DNA of 64,000 nucleotides from positions 248,001-312,000 of IMG/VR virus record IMGVR_UViG_3300036853_000446, one strand, 5' to 3'. Positions within the stretch are counted from its first letter, which is position 1. Every line of letters begins with the position of its first letter. The notes below the pieces were generated by a model that ran no database searches, was not told the origin of the DNA, and was given only the letters and a program-made list of their open reading frames with translations. Shown here piece by piece: positions 8,683 to 18,826 of this stretch. Both the position numbers and the translations under genes were made by a program.

Positions 8683-8892
8683 ATGATCAAAAAGCGCATC
8701 ATCAACGGCAAGCTCGTAGATCTCTCAGCACTCATCCCCGAGGGCTGGGTCAAGGCATTCCGGGAGGCCGAATGCAGCGTCTGCCACGAGACGGTCCAGG
8801 AGCATTTCGAGCGCTGCCTTTATTGCGGCTCGCCGATCGACGCTTTGATGTTTCCGCCCGAGGAGCCGTCCCCCGGTACGCCGACGAACTAG
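8683..8892 (+). CDS. small zinc-ribbon protein
   Basis: CSVC...CLYC; RBS GAGG. Confidence 0.6.
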   Translation: MIKKRIINGKLVDLSALIPEGWVKAFREAECSVCHETVQEHFERCLYCGSPIDALMFPPEEPSPGTPTN

Positions 8893-8910
8893 ACCTGCTC
8901 GGAGGGGCCT

Positions 8911-9573
8911 TCAGGTCCCGTCTCGTCCGTCGTCGTCTTTCGCGAGCGTTTCGCCGTGTTTCAAGTAGCCATGCTGCCGCAGGTAAGCCTCGAATCTCGC
9001 CTCTCGCTCTTCGGGAGTCAGAGACGCGGCGTTCTTACCGGCAGCGGTCGCTTCCTCGAGCATCTCGAAGAGCTGCCGATGGGGCGTCTCGACGATCTGG
9101 GAATCGTTCATGTAGAACGGCAGATCGAGGTCGGCGTTCGCGATGCGTCGCCCTAGCTCGAAGCTGACGAAGGCATCGAGAGCCTCGGAGAGGCCGGGGG
9201 GCAGCGGTCGAACGCGAGAGAGCTGTGAACTCATGAAGCCAAGCGCCCCCGGTGGGAGCCTGCCCGCCGCGTCGAGCACCCGACGGTCTTCCAAGGTTGC
9301 GATCTGTTCGGTGAGCTTTTCGCAAAAGTTGAGCTTGTGCTCGAGAACCCGCTTCTCGCTTTGGGACTCTTCAATGATAGCTCGCAGCCGAGTCCTCTCG
9401 TTCTCGAGCGCGTTCTTTTCGTCGAACACCGTTTTGAGTTTGCGTTCGATTTCCTGCACCGACCGCTCGATGCCCGCGACTTTCCGGGCAAATGACTGAC
9501 GTATCTCGGCTGGCTCGGGGGCCTCTTCACCGCATCGCTGGCATTTCATGATTTGGCCTTTCGCTTTGGTCAT
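8911..9573 (-). CDS. coiled-coil hypothetical protein
   Basis: CQRC followed by heptad-rich segment. Confidence 0.6.
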   Translation of the reverse strand: MTKAKGQIMKCQRCGEEAPEPAEIRQSFARKVAGIERSVQEIERKLKTVFDEKNALENERTRLRAIIEESQSEKRVLEHKLNFCEKLTEQIATLEDRRVLDAAGRLPPGALGFMSSQLSRVRPLPPGLSEALDAFVSFELGRRIANADLDLPFYMNDSQIVETPHRQLFEMLEEATAAGKNAASLTPEEREARFEAYLRQHGYLKHGETLAKDDDGRDGT

Positions 9574-10015
9574 TGGCTTCGCGTCGGCTTTGTCACGCGC
9601 CCCTCAGGGCCTCGAGGGCGAGCCGCGCCCGGTCAGCGATGATGCCCGCCGGTTGGTCCGCCTTCACCGTTACGAGCCACGTAATGGCTTTCTCGACCCG
9701 TTGTCGGCAGCCTTTTAGACTTGCCTCCAGCTCCAGGCACCGGGCCTCGAGATCGACCGCGTTCTCACCGTTTGCAATCATGTCGAAGCCGAGCAGTCTG
9801 CGCCCTTGGTACGAGCGCGTCAAACTCGCCCTTCAGGTTCGGCCTTTCGACCGCACCACCATCATTCAACGGGCTCGAGGCCGGCGGTTGGTAACGCAAA
9901 TCAGCAACGCTCATTGGCGGTTGTCACTCGACCCATCGATAGCGGCATCCATTTCTTGCCGTCATTAGTTTAAGCTCATCGCCGCGCGCCGGAACAACCG
10001 CCGTCCCACGACCGC

Positions 10016-10462
10016 ATGGCAAGCAACACGATCAATCACAACCGCCTCGTAATGAGGTTCGCCGATCAGTTCTCCTCCGAGTATCCGAAGCTCATGATCG
10101 GCGCCGTCTTTACGATCGGAAACATGGAGGCGGGGTGGGCCACGTTCGCGGACCTGTCCGGACTTTATAGGCCGCTCGCTCATGACCCACGCGACCGCAA
10201 CGTCATCACGAACCCACGGTTTCTGGGCGAGGTCACGAGTAACGCGAGCGAGCGAATCGATCGCGGTCCGAAGCTCGAGCTGTATCGGACGCTCCCCTCC
10301 GTCGAATCGGTCATTCTCGTCTCCCATCGCCGTCCGCACGTCGAAGTCCACCGGCGCGGCAACAGGGGCTTTTGGACCGTCACCGAGGCCACGACGGGCG
10401 AGCTTCAGATCACTGCGGACCTCGTAGTCGACGTCGACACGCTATACCGAGACATTTACTAG
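10016..10462 (+). CDS. Uma2-family (PD-(D/E)XK) endonuclease-like protein
   Basis: NPRFLGEVTSNASERIDRGPKLELYRTLPSVESVILVS. Confidence 0.8.
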   Translation: MASNTINHNRLVMRFADQFSSEYPKLMIGAVFTIGNMEAGWATFADLSGLYRPLAHDPRDRNVITNPRFLGEVTSNASERIDRGPKLELYRTLPSVESVILVSHRRPHVEVHRRGNRGFWTVTEATTGELQITADLVVDVDTLYRDIY

Positions 10463-10535
10463 CCGGCCGATCCTGGCGCGATTCGATTCCCGATTCGTGT
10501 CCCATCGATCGGCGGCTCCGCTCTATAATCCCGCC

Positions 10536-10907
10536 ATGGACTTTAAGGATCGCAACGACGTCACTCTCCTCGACATTCTCGTCGATGGTTTTGAGAAGAA
10601 CGAAATCGTTGATGGGCACTGGCGCCAGCTCCCCATGCCGGACGAAGCCGCCGCGATTCGTAAATTTGGCTCCCTCGTCGAGGAAGCCATCCGCTGGAAG
10701 GGTCCTCCCCTTCGGACGCTGGAGGAGGGTAAACGGCGCCTCGCCGGCTGGCAGGACTTCGACATTCGTCAGACCGGGCTCGCGATCCACGTGCGCGTCA
10801 AGACGCCGTGGTTCAATGCATGGTGGCACGACGCCAACTGGGATCACGACTCGTTCAGCGATCTCTACGCTTGGCTCCGCGAAGACGAAAAGATCCACCC
10901 CTTCTGA
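10536..10907 (+). CDS. hypothetical protein
   Basis: ATG just after TATAAT; Trp-rich C-terminus. Confidence 0.6.
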   Translation: MDFKDRNDVTLLDILVDGFEKNEIVDGHWRQLPMPDEAAAIRKFGSLVEEAIRWKGPPLRTLEEGKRRLAGWQDFDIRQTGLAIHVRVKTPWFNAWWHDANWDHDSFSDLYAWLREDEKIHPF

Positions 10908-10920
10908 GGACCCGGTCGCG

Positions 10921-11409
10921 ATGCGCAAGCGCTACCAAGTCAACGCAGTCTACCCTTGCCGCGATGAAATCTGGCTCAAGGCAAAGGTGGGCACGAAGGT
11001 GTCGTATGAGTCGACACCGTTTCGGATTATGGGCACCGAACTAGAAGAGGTTTATTATACCTATGGCCGCCTATACCCCAAGGACCATTTCGAACCGGTA
11101 GCACGACCGCCGGACGCCGAACTGCTCTTGAAACGGCTGTCGACACGTCGCGAGACCCCGCCCATCGAGTACAAGGCTTTCCAGTGCGAATACCGAATGG
11201 CGGACGGTACACGTTGCGAGGTCCGCCCCGAACCCCAGAAGCGGCGCGATCCGCACTACTGTTGGGAACACCAGCCGAAAGGGCGCATCCCCGTTTGCGA
11301 GCACAAGTGGTCGATCCACCTTCCGTGCGCCGATTGCGGTCCGGATCCGCAGATTCGAAAAGGTTTCGGGTACGCCACTCCGGACCGCAAACCTTCGTGG
11401 AGAAAGTAA
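10921..11409 (+). CDS. hypothetical protein with C-terminal Cys/His zinc-finger motifs
   Basis: CEYRMADGTRC...YCWEH...CEH...CADC. Confidence 0.6.
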   Translation: MRKRYQVNAVYPCRDEIWLKAKVGTKVSYESTPFRIMGTELEEVYYTYGRLYPKDHFEPVARPPDAELLLKRLSTRRETPPIEYKAFQCEYRMADGTRCEVRPEPQKRRDPHYCWEHQPKGRIPVCEHKWSIHLPCADCGPDPQIRKGFGYATPDRKPSWRK

Positions 11410-11424
11410 TGCCCTCAGGCCCGA

Positions 11425-11730
11425 GTGAAGGGACCCCCAATTATGTGGCAAAAAAACAAGCGTGAGATTTCCAAGACGACCTCGGGTACCGACCTTCCCA
11501 CCGTACGCACCGAATCTGCGTTCGACATCGCCTGCGGTCGTTGTGGACGTAAGGCAGAGGGGCGTGAGATTGCAATCGAGCTGCCGAAAGCTCTCGGGCA
11601 GAAGACCATCACCTGGACCCGTCTTCCTGACGGCTGGTGGCAGGAGGGAATCATGCTCATGATGATCAACGCCAACTGTCCCGGCTGCATGGAGACGCCC
11701 TTGGCGGTGCCGGTCAGCCCCGCCGAATAA
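11425..11730 (+). CDS. small zinc-ribbon protein
   Basis: CGRC...CPGC. Confidence 0.55.
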   Translation: MKGPPIMWQKNKREISKTTSGTDLPTVRTESAFDIACGRCGRKAEGREIAIELPKALGQKTITWTRLPDGWWQEGIMLMMINANCPGCMETPLAVPVSPAE

Positions 11731-11773
11731 CCCGAGGGCCATTCGGGTGGGCTCCGATCGCTGGAATCGTCAG

Positions 11774-12521
11774 GTCGTGGTCTGGCCTCTTAACTCGAAA
11801 GACGAGCCGTCGTTGATGGGGACATGCGCTGAGTCGTGGTTGGGTGGGCTCCACGCAGCCTCTCAAATGGTATCGAGGAGGACGTCCTTCTCGCTGAACC
11901 GTCGTGGTCTGGTGGGCTCCACGTAGCCTCTCAAATCCACCAGGACGGACAAGCGTCCCGAGTAGTCGGCGTGTCGTGGTTGGGTGGGCTCCACGCAGCC
12001 TCTGAAATCGTCGGGCGAATCGTGTCTCATGCCGACAAGGTACTCGTCGTGGTCGGGTGGGCCCCACGCAGCCTCTCAAATCCGTTGAGAGAAGTAGTGA
12101 CCACTCGGTGTGGGATCTCGTCGTGGTCTGGTGGGCTCCACGCAGCCTCTCAAATTTTTCCTAAGGAGCGAGCCGGCGAACTATCCTCCCCGTCGTGGTC
12201 GGGTGGGCCCCACGCAGCCTCTCAAATCAAGATACCGCTGGTGCGAGACATTGGTGATACGTGGTCGTGGTTAGGTGGGCTCCACGCAGCTTCTCAAAAT
12301 CCATGACGGCGTCAGCGGTTGGTGAGGGTCATCCTCAAGTCGTGGTTGGGTGGGCTCCACGCAGCCTCTCAAATCAGCCGCTCAAATTACGCACCTCGCC
12401 ACGCTGGTTCCGTCGTGGTCAGGTGGGCTCCACGCAGCCTCTCAAATTCTTGTAATCGCCTGCGAGCCGTCCAGCCGCGGGTTGCGTCGTGGTCTGGTGG
12501 GCTCCACGCAGCCGCTCAAAT
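11774..12521 (-). CRISPR. CRISPR array A2 (10 repeats plus 1 internally deleted trailer repeat)
   Basis: Repeats at 11833, 11901, 11973, 12046, 12120, 12192, 12264, 12339, 12412, 12486; degenerate copy 11774-11794. Confidence 0.97.
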
Positions 12522-12665
12522 TTCGTAGCCTTAAAGTTCAGTCAATATAGGGCATTGCAACGCGGATTGCGAGGGGGTCGTTTATGAGCTGGTTTGCTCG
12601 CGCGTAACCCTTCGATTTGCTTTGCGTCGGTTGATCGAATCACCTTCCCGCTCGCCAAAGCCCCA
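12522..12665 (-). promoter_or_regulatory. conserved CRISPR leader copy 2
   Basis: Aligns with the other two leaders. Confidence 0.85.
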
Positions 12666-12707
12666 GAGTCGTCAGTCGCAGGTGTGCTACCCTTCGTTAA
12701 GGCCCCA

Positions 12708-13229
12708 ATGACCCAACCCGATACCGTTGTCGCTCGAGTGGCTGCGCGCGTGCTCCGCGCGATGGCTTATGACCGCAACGGCTTCAAGGACAAGCTCGAA
12801 GAACATATCGGCGGGGCCTATCTCGAGTTCTATAAGGCGCGGCTCGCGACCAAAAACAAGCAAACCGAGTGGGTTCAGCATTGGAACACGGAAGTGCGTC
12901 AGCTGCTCGACCGCAATTTGGTCGGTGCCATGCTGCACTCCATTCGTGGCTTTACGGACCGCCGAAAAGCATACGAGCAAGTTCGGACTATGCTTCGAGC
13001 AAGAGACGCCGGCTACCGGAGGGCGGCCGAAACCATCGTGCTCAAAGACTATGGCCTCCGGAAAGTCCGCATTCCTTTGGACGATCAGGATATGGAGGAT
13101 TTCTGGATCCTCGTTGACGAGGCCGCCGAGAACGGTCTAACGGCGGATCCTGATGCTGAAGTCAAGCCGCAAGGCAAGCGGCAAAAGGGAAAGCCCAACA
13201 AGCGGAAGCGAGCATTAGCCACGCCGTGA
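12708..13229 (+). CDS. leader-adjacent hypothetical protein, paralog of 3185-3745
   Basis: High visible identity to 3185-3745. Confidence 0.85.
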   Translation: MTQPDTVVARVAARVLRAMAYDRNGFKDKLEEHIGGAYLEFYKARLATKNKQTEWVQHWNTEVRQLLDRNLVGAMLHSIRGFTDRRKAYEQVRTMLRARDAGYRRAAETIVLKDYGLRKVRIPLDDQDMEDFWILVDEAAENGLTADPDAEVKPQGKRQKGKPNKRKRALATP

Positions 13230-13561
13230 CCGACGTTTCCCCGGGTTCGCGCGAGACTGAATACGCGGCATGGATCGCTGCTTACGTGGGCTCTGGACGC
13301 CCGATCATCGGAGAGTGCCGCTCGGTCTGTAACGCCATGCTCGAAGCCTTCCCCGAACTCGAGCTTCGTGGGGGCTTCGTCCGCACGAGGCTCGGTCAAG
13401 ATCTCCACTACTGGCTTATCGCTCCGTCCGGGGCCATCGTTGACCCCACGGAACTACAGTTCGGCACGGTCGCACCAGAAGACTACGACGACGCGGGCAC
13501 GACCGACGCGGTTACTCTGCTCGGCCGTGTTCTCGTTTTCGGAGACGTTCCCGCGCGTTGA
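13226..13561 (+). CDS. putative papain/transglutaminase-fold protein
   Basis: C...HYWL...IVDPT Cys-His-Asp pattern. Confidence 0.5.
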   Translation: MTDVSPGSRETEYAAWIAAYVGSGRPIIGECRSVCNAMLEAFPELELRGGFVRTRLGQDLHYWLIAPSGAIVDPTELQFGTVAPEDYDDAGTTDAVTLLGRVLVFGDVPAR

Positions 13562-13645
13562 GCCAACTAGCCGGCGTTTTCGCCCGGTTTCTGGAGATTC
13601 TCGAGCGAGCCCAGCGCGCGCAAATCCGCTACGCTCAGGCCCATT

Positions 13646-14176
13646 ATGACGGATACCGAGTACGGCGCGCACACCAGGGCAAGATTGGCTGACATCGAGG
13701 CCCGCATCGAGGCTCTCGAGCTACGTGTCAGGGCCCAACCGCCCTCTCACGGCGCTCGCCAAAAGACCGCGACCTTTGACCCCGACGCTTGGCAAAAAAC
13801 CCTGCAGACCCCCGGGGGCGTCGCTGCGGTCGCTTCTGCCTTTGCGACGCACATCCGTGAGACCTTTGCTGCCCGCCGTCCTCGCGGTCTCGACCTCAAC
13901 GATTTGCACGAACGGACGAGCGTCACGAAGCTCGTCGAGGTTCTCGAGGCGTCCAGCGCTCGGCTTCGTGAATTCCAACCCGTCGGGGCGGCGGACGTCG
14001 ATCTCTCCCCGCTCGGCTCGCGCCCTTTTCGGACGGAATCCAAGGCGTCCACTTCCCGCTCCTGCTCGTTCTGCGGCAAGGCGCAGAACGAGGTGACCAA
14101 GCTCATCGCCGGTCCAACCGTTCTCATTTGCAATGAGTGCATCGACGTCTGCAACTCGATCGTCAGCGAGACGTGA
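13646..14176 (+). CDS. protein with C-terminal ClpX C4-type zinc finger
   Basis: [30 protein letters not shown]. Confidence 0.85.
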   Translation: MTDTEYGAHTRARLADIEARIEALELRVRAQPPSHGARQKTATFDPDAWQKTLQTPGGVAAVASAFATHIRETFAARRPRGLDLNDLHERTSVTKLVEVLEASSARLREFQPVGAADVDLSPLGSRPFRTESKASTSRSCSFCGKAQNEVTKLIAGPTVLICNECIDVCNSIVSET

Positions 14177-14249
14177 TTCTTTGCTGAACAGTTTCGAGGA
14201 CGACGCCTATCTCCGCGACTTTAGGGTCGGGTGCTAGTATATAGAGAGC

Positions 14250-14447
14250 ATGAAGACTGTCAGCCATTCATGCCTGGATAGCACCAGCAGCACTGAGCCT
14301 TCGTGGTGGGAGACGGACGCCCAAGGCATTCCGCTTTGCAGGGTCTGCATGAAGTGCCGGACTCAAAAGCTGTCACGCTATCGAAAGGAAATCCTATCCG
14401 GCTACACTCAGGCCGACATAGACGAGCCGATCGAACCCGAGTCCTGA
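14250..14447 (+). CDS. small Cys-containing protein
   Basis: TGCTAGTAT extended -10 upstream; WWETDAQGIPLCRVCMKC. Confidence 0.6.
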   Translation: MKTVSHSCLDSTSSTEPSWWETDAQGIPLCRVCMKCRTQKLSRYRKEILSGYTQADIDEPIEPES

Positions 14448-14485
14448 AGCCGCTGGGCGAGCGCGCTTCTTTCCGCGCTTCCGAC

Positions 14486-14514
14486 GGATCACAACGCGAA
14501 GCTGGCCCGTACTC
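14486..14514 (+). promoter_or_regulatory. class-1 ECF-like promoter
   Basis: GGATCAC-N-CCCGTACTC, ATG 14528. Confidence 0.7.
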
Positions 14515-14527
14515 CCCTCGATCCACC

Positions 14528-14836
14528 ATGATGAACCCTTACACGCTGCACCTCACCGTCCTACAGTCCATCACGGAAGACCGCGACCCGACGCAAGTTG
14601 GTGCCATCTGTAACCCGCAACGCACCGAGGTCGCCTGGAACGACTCGTTCACGGCGTTTCGCCTCATCGCCCTAAAGTGGTGGGACGACGCTTCCTACAT
14701 CGCCTACCAGAGCGGTATCGACGGCGAGGATGACGACCGCTACGAGGGCGACCTGCAGGGCGACGAGCCCGCCGCCGTCGTAGCGGCGGTGGCACCGGCC
14801 GCTCCCCCGATCGACTCAGATGAAATCCCCTTCTGA
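14528..14836 (+). CDS. small acidic protein with SSB-like tail
   Basis: Ends DSDEIPF. Confidence 0.6.
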   Translation: MMNPYTLHLTVLQSITEDRDPTQVGAICNPQRTEVAWNDSFTAFRLIALKWWDDASYIAYQSGIDGEDDDRYEGDLQGDEPAAVVAAVAPAAPPIDSDEIPF

Positions 14837-15212
14837 ACTGCCTCCGAAACGCCCCCGTTTGACCCGCAAGGTCATCGAGGCGCTACGCGGCGTCTACGCC
14901 GACGCAGAAGTGATGCTTGACGAGCGCGCTGGAACGGACAGTGCGTTCAACAGCGACAAGCTGACATATCACGGGCTCGAGTATTTGGATGCTCTCTTTA
15001 CCTGGTACGACGCTACGCATCCCGAGACTCAACCGAAGAAGCCCGTCCCCCACGAGCACACGAGCCACAACCCCGACTGCGTCTTTTCGGACGGTCACGA
15101 AGGCGAATGCCTCAGCCAACAGGAAATCACGAGGATCGATCCCGCCACTGGAGAGCCATGGTTGACCCCGACACCACCGAAATGGCCGCCGCCGAAGGTG
15201 CGGAAGGCATGA
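14820..15212 (+). CDS. hypothetical protein, tandem paralog 1
   Basis: PRLTRKVIEALR...HNPDCVFSDGHEGEC. Confidence 0.7.
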   Translation: MKSPSELPPKRPRLTRKVIEALRGVYADAEVMLDERAGTDSAFNSDKLTYHGLEYLDALFTWYDATHPETQPKKPVPHEHTSHNPDCVFSDGHEGECLSQQEITRIDPATGEPWLTPTPPKWPPPKVRKA

Positions 15213-15598
15213 AGCCGCGCCTCACGAGCCGCATCGTTCGCGGTCTGCGCACGGTCCGCAGTGACGCGGCTTCCATGCTCGAGGAGCGTCAGGGGCACGG
15301 GGAAGACTCGCCGACGGACGCCGATCAGGAATGTGCTCTCGCCTGGCTCGAAGCCCTCATCGCCTGGCACGAGGAGAAGGCCGGCACGGAATCCGAGCCC
15401 GCTGCTCCCCCGCCGGTCGCCGTGGCAGTCTCCCAGAGCCACGACCCCGATTGCGTCTTCCCCGACGGCCACAACGGCGCCTGCGTCCTCGCCAGTGAGC
15501 TGGCGGACGTCGACCCCCAAACAGGGCACCTTCTCAGCCGTGGTGCCGTCAAGGCAGCGCAAACACGGCTCGAGCGCACGAAGAAAAACCCGCGATGA
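15209..15598 (+). CDS. hypothetical protein, tandem paralog 2
   Basis: PRLTSRIVRGLR...HDPDCVFPDGHNGAC; ATGA overlap. Confidence 0.7.
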   Translation: MKPRLTSRIVRGLRTVRSDAASMLEERQGHGEDSPTDADQECALAWLEALIAWHEEKAGTESEPAAPPPVAVAVSQSHDPDCVFPDGHNGACVLASELADVDPQTGHLLSRGAVKAAQTRLERTKKNPR

Positions 15599-15634
15599 GT
15601 CCGAGCCCGAACTCGACTCCCTCCTCTCAAACTG

Positions 15635-15663
15635 GGATCAGCCTCTTCTCCTCACCCGTATTC
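15635..15663 (+). promoter_or_regulatory. class-1 ECF-like promoter
   Basis: GGATCAG-N-CCCGTATTC, ATG 15672. Confidence 0.7.
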
Positions 15664-15671
15664 AGGGCGCA

Positions 15672-15995
15672 ATGAAGAACACCAAAATCCAACGCTTGGC
15701 CAAAAAACTCCGCCCGGAGACCGCCGTCAAGGCTGCCCCGATCGTTGCCCCTGCCAGGGCTCCCGACCTCGTCATTCCTTTGGAGGACGTCTTCCGCTAC
15801 GAAATCAAGCTTCAGCGGGGCAGAACGCTCCGCAACGCGGAAGACCTACTGTCCCGGATCCAATCATTCGTCGAACAGCTGCGCGCCGGTGAGATTCCGA
15901 GTGCGATCAACATCAACGCCGTTGCCTTCGTCCTTTCCGACCATGCGCGGCTGCTCACCCTAGAGGAGGCGCTCGAAGTCACCACGTCCAAATAA
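15672..15995 (+). CDS. hypothetical protein
   Basis: Start set by class-1 motif. Confidence 0.6.
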   Translation: MKNTKIQRLAKKLRPETAVKAAPIVAPARAPDLVIPLEDVFRYEIKLQRGRTLRNAEDLLSRIQSFVEQLRAGEIPSAININAVAFVLSDHARLLTLEEALEVTTSK

Positions 15996-16014
15996 CCCCC
16001 GGAGTTCCCACGAC

Positions 16015-16043
16015 GGATCAAACCGTGGGGCTCGCCCGTACTC
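16015..16043 (+). promoter_or_regulatory. class-1 ECF-like promoter
   Basis: GGATCAAA-N-CCCGTACTC, ATG 16052. Confidence 0.75.
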
Positions 16044-16051
16044 CCCAAGAT

Positions 16052-16594
16052 ATGACAACCACCCCCGCCGTCCGCTTTCACGCCCCCACGCGCCCCTATT
16101 CGCCGATCGACGCTCTGAACCGCCGCGCCGCCGCCACGGGCTCTCCCCGTTACGGCCAGCTGACGTCCCACGCCGACTACAACGGCCATTCCGTGTCGGT
16201 ATATTTCAACGACTATCGCCAGTACTACGTCGCCGACTACACCTGGTCGGGCCGGCAGGTTCTCGGGCGCGGCGAATTCGCAACGTGTCTCGAGGCAGCA
16301 CTTTTCGAGTACGGGCGCGGCGCCCTGGGTGGCAGTGTCTCCGTCTCGGTGCGCGCCGATGATGCCGAGGCGATTGCCTTGTGTGAGGCCTCGCCCCTGC
16401 TCGTCCCGGGCGTCGAAGCTTCGCGTCCCGTGTGGTATACGTGGCGGCATGAGGTGGCAGCTTCCTGCGCGCAAGACGCCGCCGTTCGCACGCCGAAGAT
16501 GCTCTTCGATTGGTCCTTGCTCGAGTCGGCCGAGAGCCGCGAGGCTTACGAGGCGGCCTTGAAGGCGAAGCACGGCCGGGTCTACAATTTCTGA
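16052..16594 (+). CDS. hypothetical protein
   Basis: Start set by class-1 motif. Confidence 0.65.
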   Translation: MTTTPAVRFHAPTRPYSPIDALNRRAAATGSPRYGQLTSHADYNGHSVSVYFNDYRQYYVADYTWSGRQVLGRGEFATCLEAALFEYGRGALGGSVSVSVRADDAEAIALCEASPLLVPGVEASRPVWYTWRHEVAASCAQDAAVRTPKMLFDWSLLESAESREAYEAALKAKHGRVYNF

Positions 16595-16644
16595 TAACAT
16601 TCGAAAACGAACCGGTTCAAAGCCCGTTTAGTGGGGATTTTCCA

Positions 16645-17277
16645 ATGCATGACTACGATCGCAGGCCACAACAGGACCGCACCGCAACGCACAAGTCCGT
16701 TGTAGGGCCGTTTACCAAACAGCATTACACGGCCGCTTGGGCGCCCCTTCTTCACCTGTCGCTAGACGAGCAGCGAGGGGTTTACGCCGGCCCCGACGGG
16801 CTTCCGGGCTGCTGGACGTATCAGGACGAGCGTCACTACGGCCCCTCTCTCGGCACCGCGGACAATCGACACGCGACGCCGGAGGCGGCACTCGAGTCCG
16901 CCGTGGAACGAGACGTCTACTCGGCAGCCCAGGGTGGCCCACTCACCCGAGAGGAATACGAGGCGGAGATCAAGCGGCTCCACCTCCACCAGATGTGGAA
17001 GGACCGGGATTGCGCGGCGATCATGGGTGGCGATTGGGATTTCAAGACGTACGGCGTCAAGGGAGCAGCGGAACGCATTCTCGCTGGCCGACGGGGCGCG
17101 GCGGTCAAGGAGGAGAGCCAGAAATCTGCCCCGAACAATGATGATCGCGTCGCACTCGAGATGGAGATTGCAGACCTCGAGGAGCAGGCACAAGACGCCG
17201 AGGATCGAGAGCAGCTCGGCCGTGCATCAGCCCTGCGCGCCAAGGCCCGTGCACTACGCAGCCGCACCCACGGTTGA
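16645..17277 (+). CDS. hypothetical protein
   Basis: ORF track; C-terminal helical hairpin. Confidence 0.6.
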   Translation: MHDYDRRPQQDRTATHKSVVGPFTKQHYTAAWAPLLHLSLDEQRGVYAGPDGLPGCWTYQDERHYGPSLGTADNRHATPEAALESAVERDVYSAAQGGPLTREEYEAEIKRLHLHQMWKDRDCAAIMGGDWDFKTYGVKGAAERILAGRRGAAVKEESQKSAPNNDDRVALEMEIADLEEQAQDAEDREQLGRASALRAKARALRSRTHG

Positions 17278-17550
17278 ATCAGAGAGGCACGAGTTAAGTC
17301 GAGCTGCAGGCCGCGTCCTCAGCCTTTTCCTTCGCGATCATTGAATCTGCCGGCGCGAGTGGGAGGCTTGGACCAGCTCTCTGCCAGCCGATCCCAGTCC
17401 GCCGCCACCGCCTCCTGATCGGTCGTGATCTTGCGCTTCTTCCGACGAGGCATTGTCGTCGCCGTGGCCCCGATGTCCAGGACGCTCGCCACGGCGAGCC
17501 ACAGGTTCATGAAGCGGCTACGCTCAACTCGGCGCTGCGAGGGGGACATG

Positions 17551-18318
17551 ATCGTGGTCTGGTAAGGCTCCATACAGCCTCGCGAATAAGTTCACAGCTT
17601 GAAAGGTCAAGGACAGATCGGGTTGTCGTGGTTGGGTGGGCTCCACGCAGCCTCTCAAATCGGTCGCCTTTGACACGGGCATACTCATATCATGCTGCCA
17701 GTCGTGGTTGGGTGGGCTCCACGCAGCCTCTCAAATCCGAGCACCACCGCGTCGCGACGCGGAAGGTAGTGGGGTCGTGGTTGGGTGGGCTCCACGCAGC
17801 CTCTCAAATCGCAAGCCAAGGATGCACGTGCTACGGACGACCGCGTGTCGTGGTTGGGTGGGCTCCACGCAGCCTCTCAAATCAAGCTGGCGGAAGCTGC
17901 CGTTGACCACTCTTCTATCGTCGTGGTCGGGTGGGCTCCACGCAGCCTCTCAAATCTGAACCTCGAGTGGATGCTTAATGGACCGCTCATCGTCGTGGTC
18001 GGGTGGGCTCCACGCAGCCTCTCAAATCCAATGCGCGACGAGGCTCGTCACCTGCGTCGGATTGTCGTGGTTGGGTGGGCTCCACGCAGCCTCTCAAATT
18101 CGCCTCGAAGCAGTCGGCACTCGTATCGGATGCGCACGTCGTGGTCGGGTGGGCTCCACGCAGCCTCTCAAATTCTGCGCCTGCAGGTGCGGGCTACCGA
18201 TCACAGTGGCGTCGTGGTCGGGTGGGCTCCACGCAGCCTCTCAAATCCGTCAAGTCCTCGGCCCCGAGACGGAGGTTGTGCTGTCGTGGTCGGGTGGGCT
18301 CCACGCAGCCTCTCAAAT
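17551..18318 (-). CRISPR. CRISPR array A3 (10 repeats plus 1 degenerate trailer repeat)
   Basis: Repeats at 17625, 17701, 17774, 17847, 17920, 17992, 18064, 18138, 18211, 18283; degenerate copy 17551-17587. Confidence 0.97.
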
Positions 18319-18472
18319 CTGTAGCCATAAAGTCCAGGCAATATAGGGCATTGCAAGGCGGATTGCGAGAGGGTCATTTACGAGCTGGTTTGTTCGCGCG
18401 TAACCCTTCGATTTGCTTTGCGTGAACTATCGAATCACCTTCGCGCTCGCCGAAGCCCAGAGGGGCTTCGGC
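18319..18472 (-). promoter_or_regulatory. conserved CRISPR leader copy 3 with distal hairpin
   Basis: Aligns with other leaders; perfect GCCGAAGCCC-AGAG-GGGCTTCGGC at 18449-18472. Confidence 0.85.
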
Positions 18473-18826
18473 CGTCCTGAGGTCCGATCACGACAACCCT
18501 ACCGTCTGTTTCGTCACGCCAACCAAGCCGAGAAGTCCGGCGAGACGGATCGCCTTGTAACAGCGTTCCTCGACCAATCCCGTCTCGCGGCCGAGCCTCG
18601 CGGCAAAAACATCGATGTCCACGATCCCGAGCCGGTTCGAGAGCTGAGCGACCAACAGAACCAATGAGACCGCGCTCCCGGGCATCTCGGTTCCGTGCAT
18701 CGTAAGCTCCGGAAACCATGGCACCGTGTGGAGAGGGCTCTCGGACATGGCCCAATCTTATCGTCTTTTTCCACGCGAGGGCGCATCAAAAGCGCGGTAA
18801 CCTCCACGCCCATGGGAGAAATAAAG

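Noticed and set aside
14214-14227. 14-nt match CGCGACTTTAGGGT between an A1 spacer (2843-2856) and a promoter region
   Set aside because: The match is outside the repeat-proximal seed, and about one such match is expected by chance given the number of spacers and the window size
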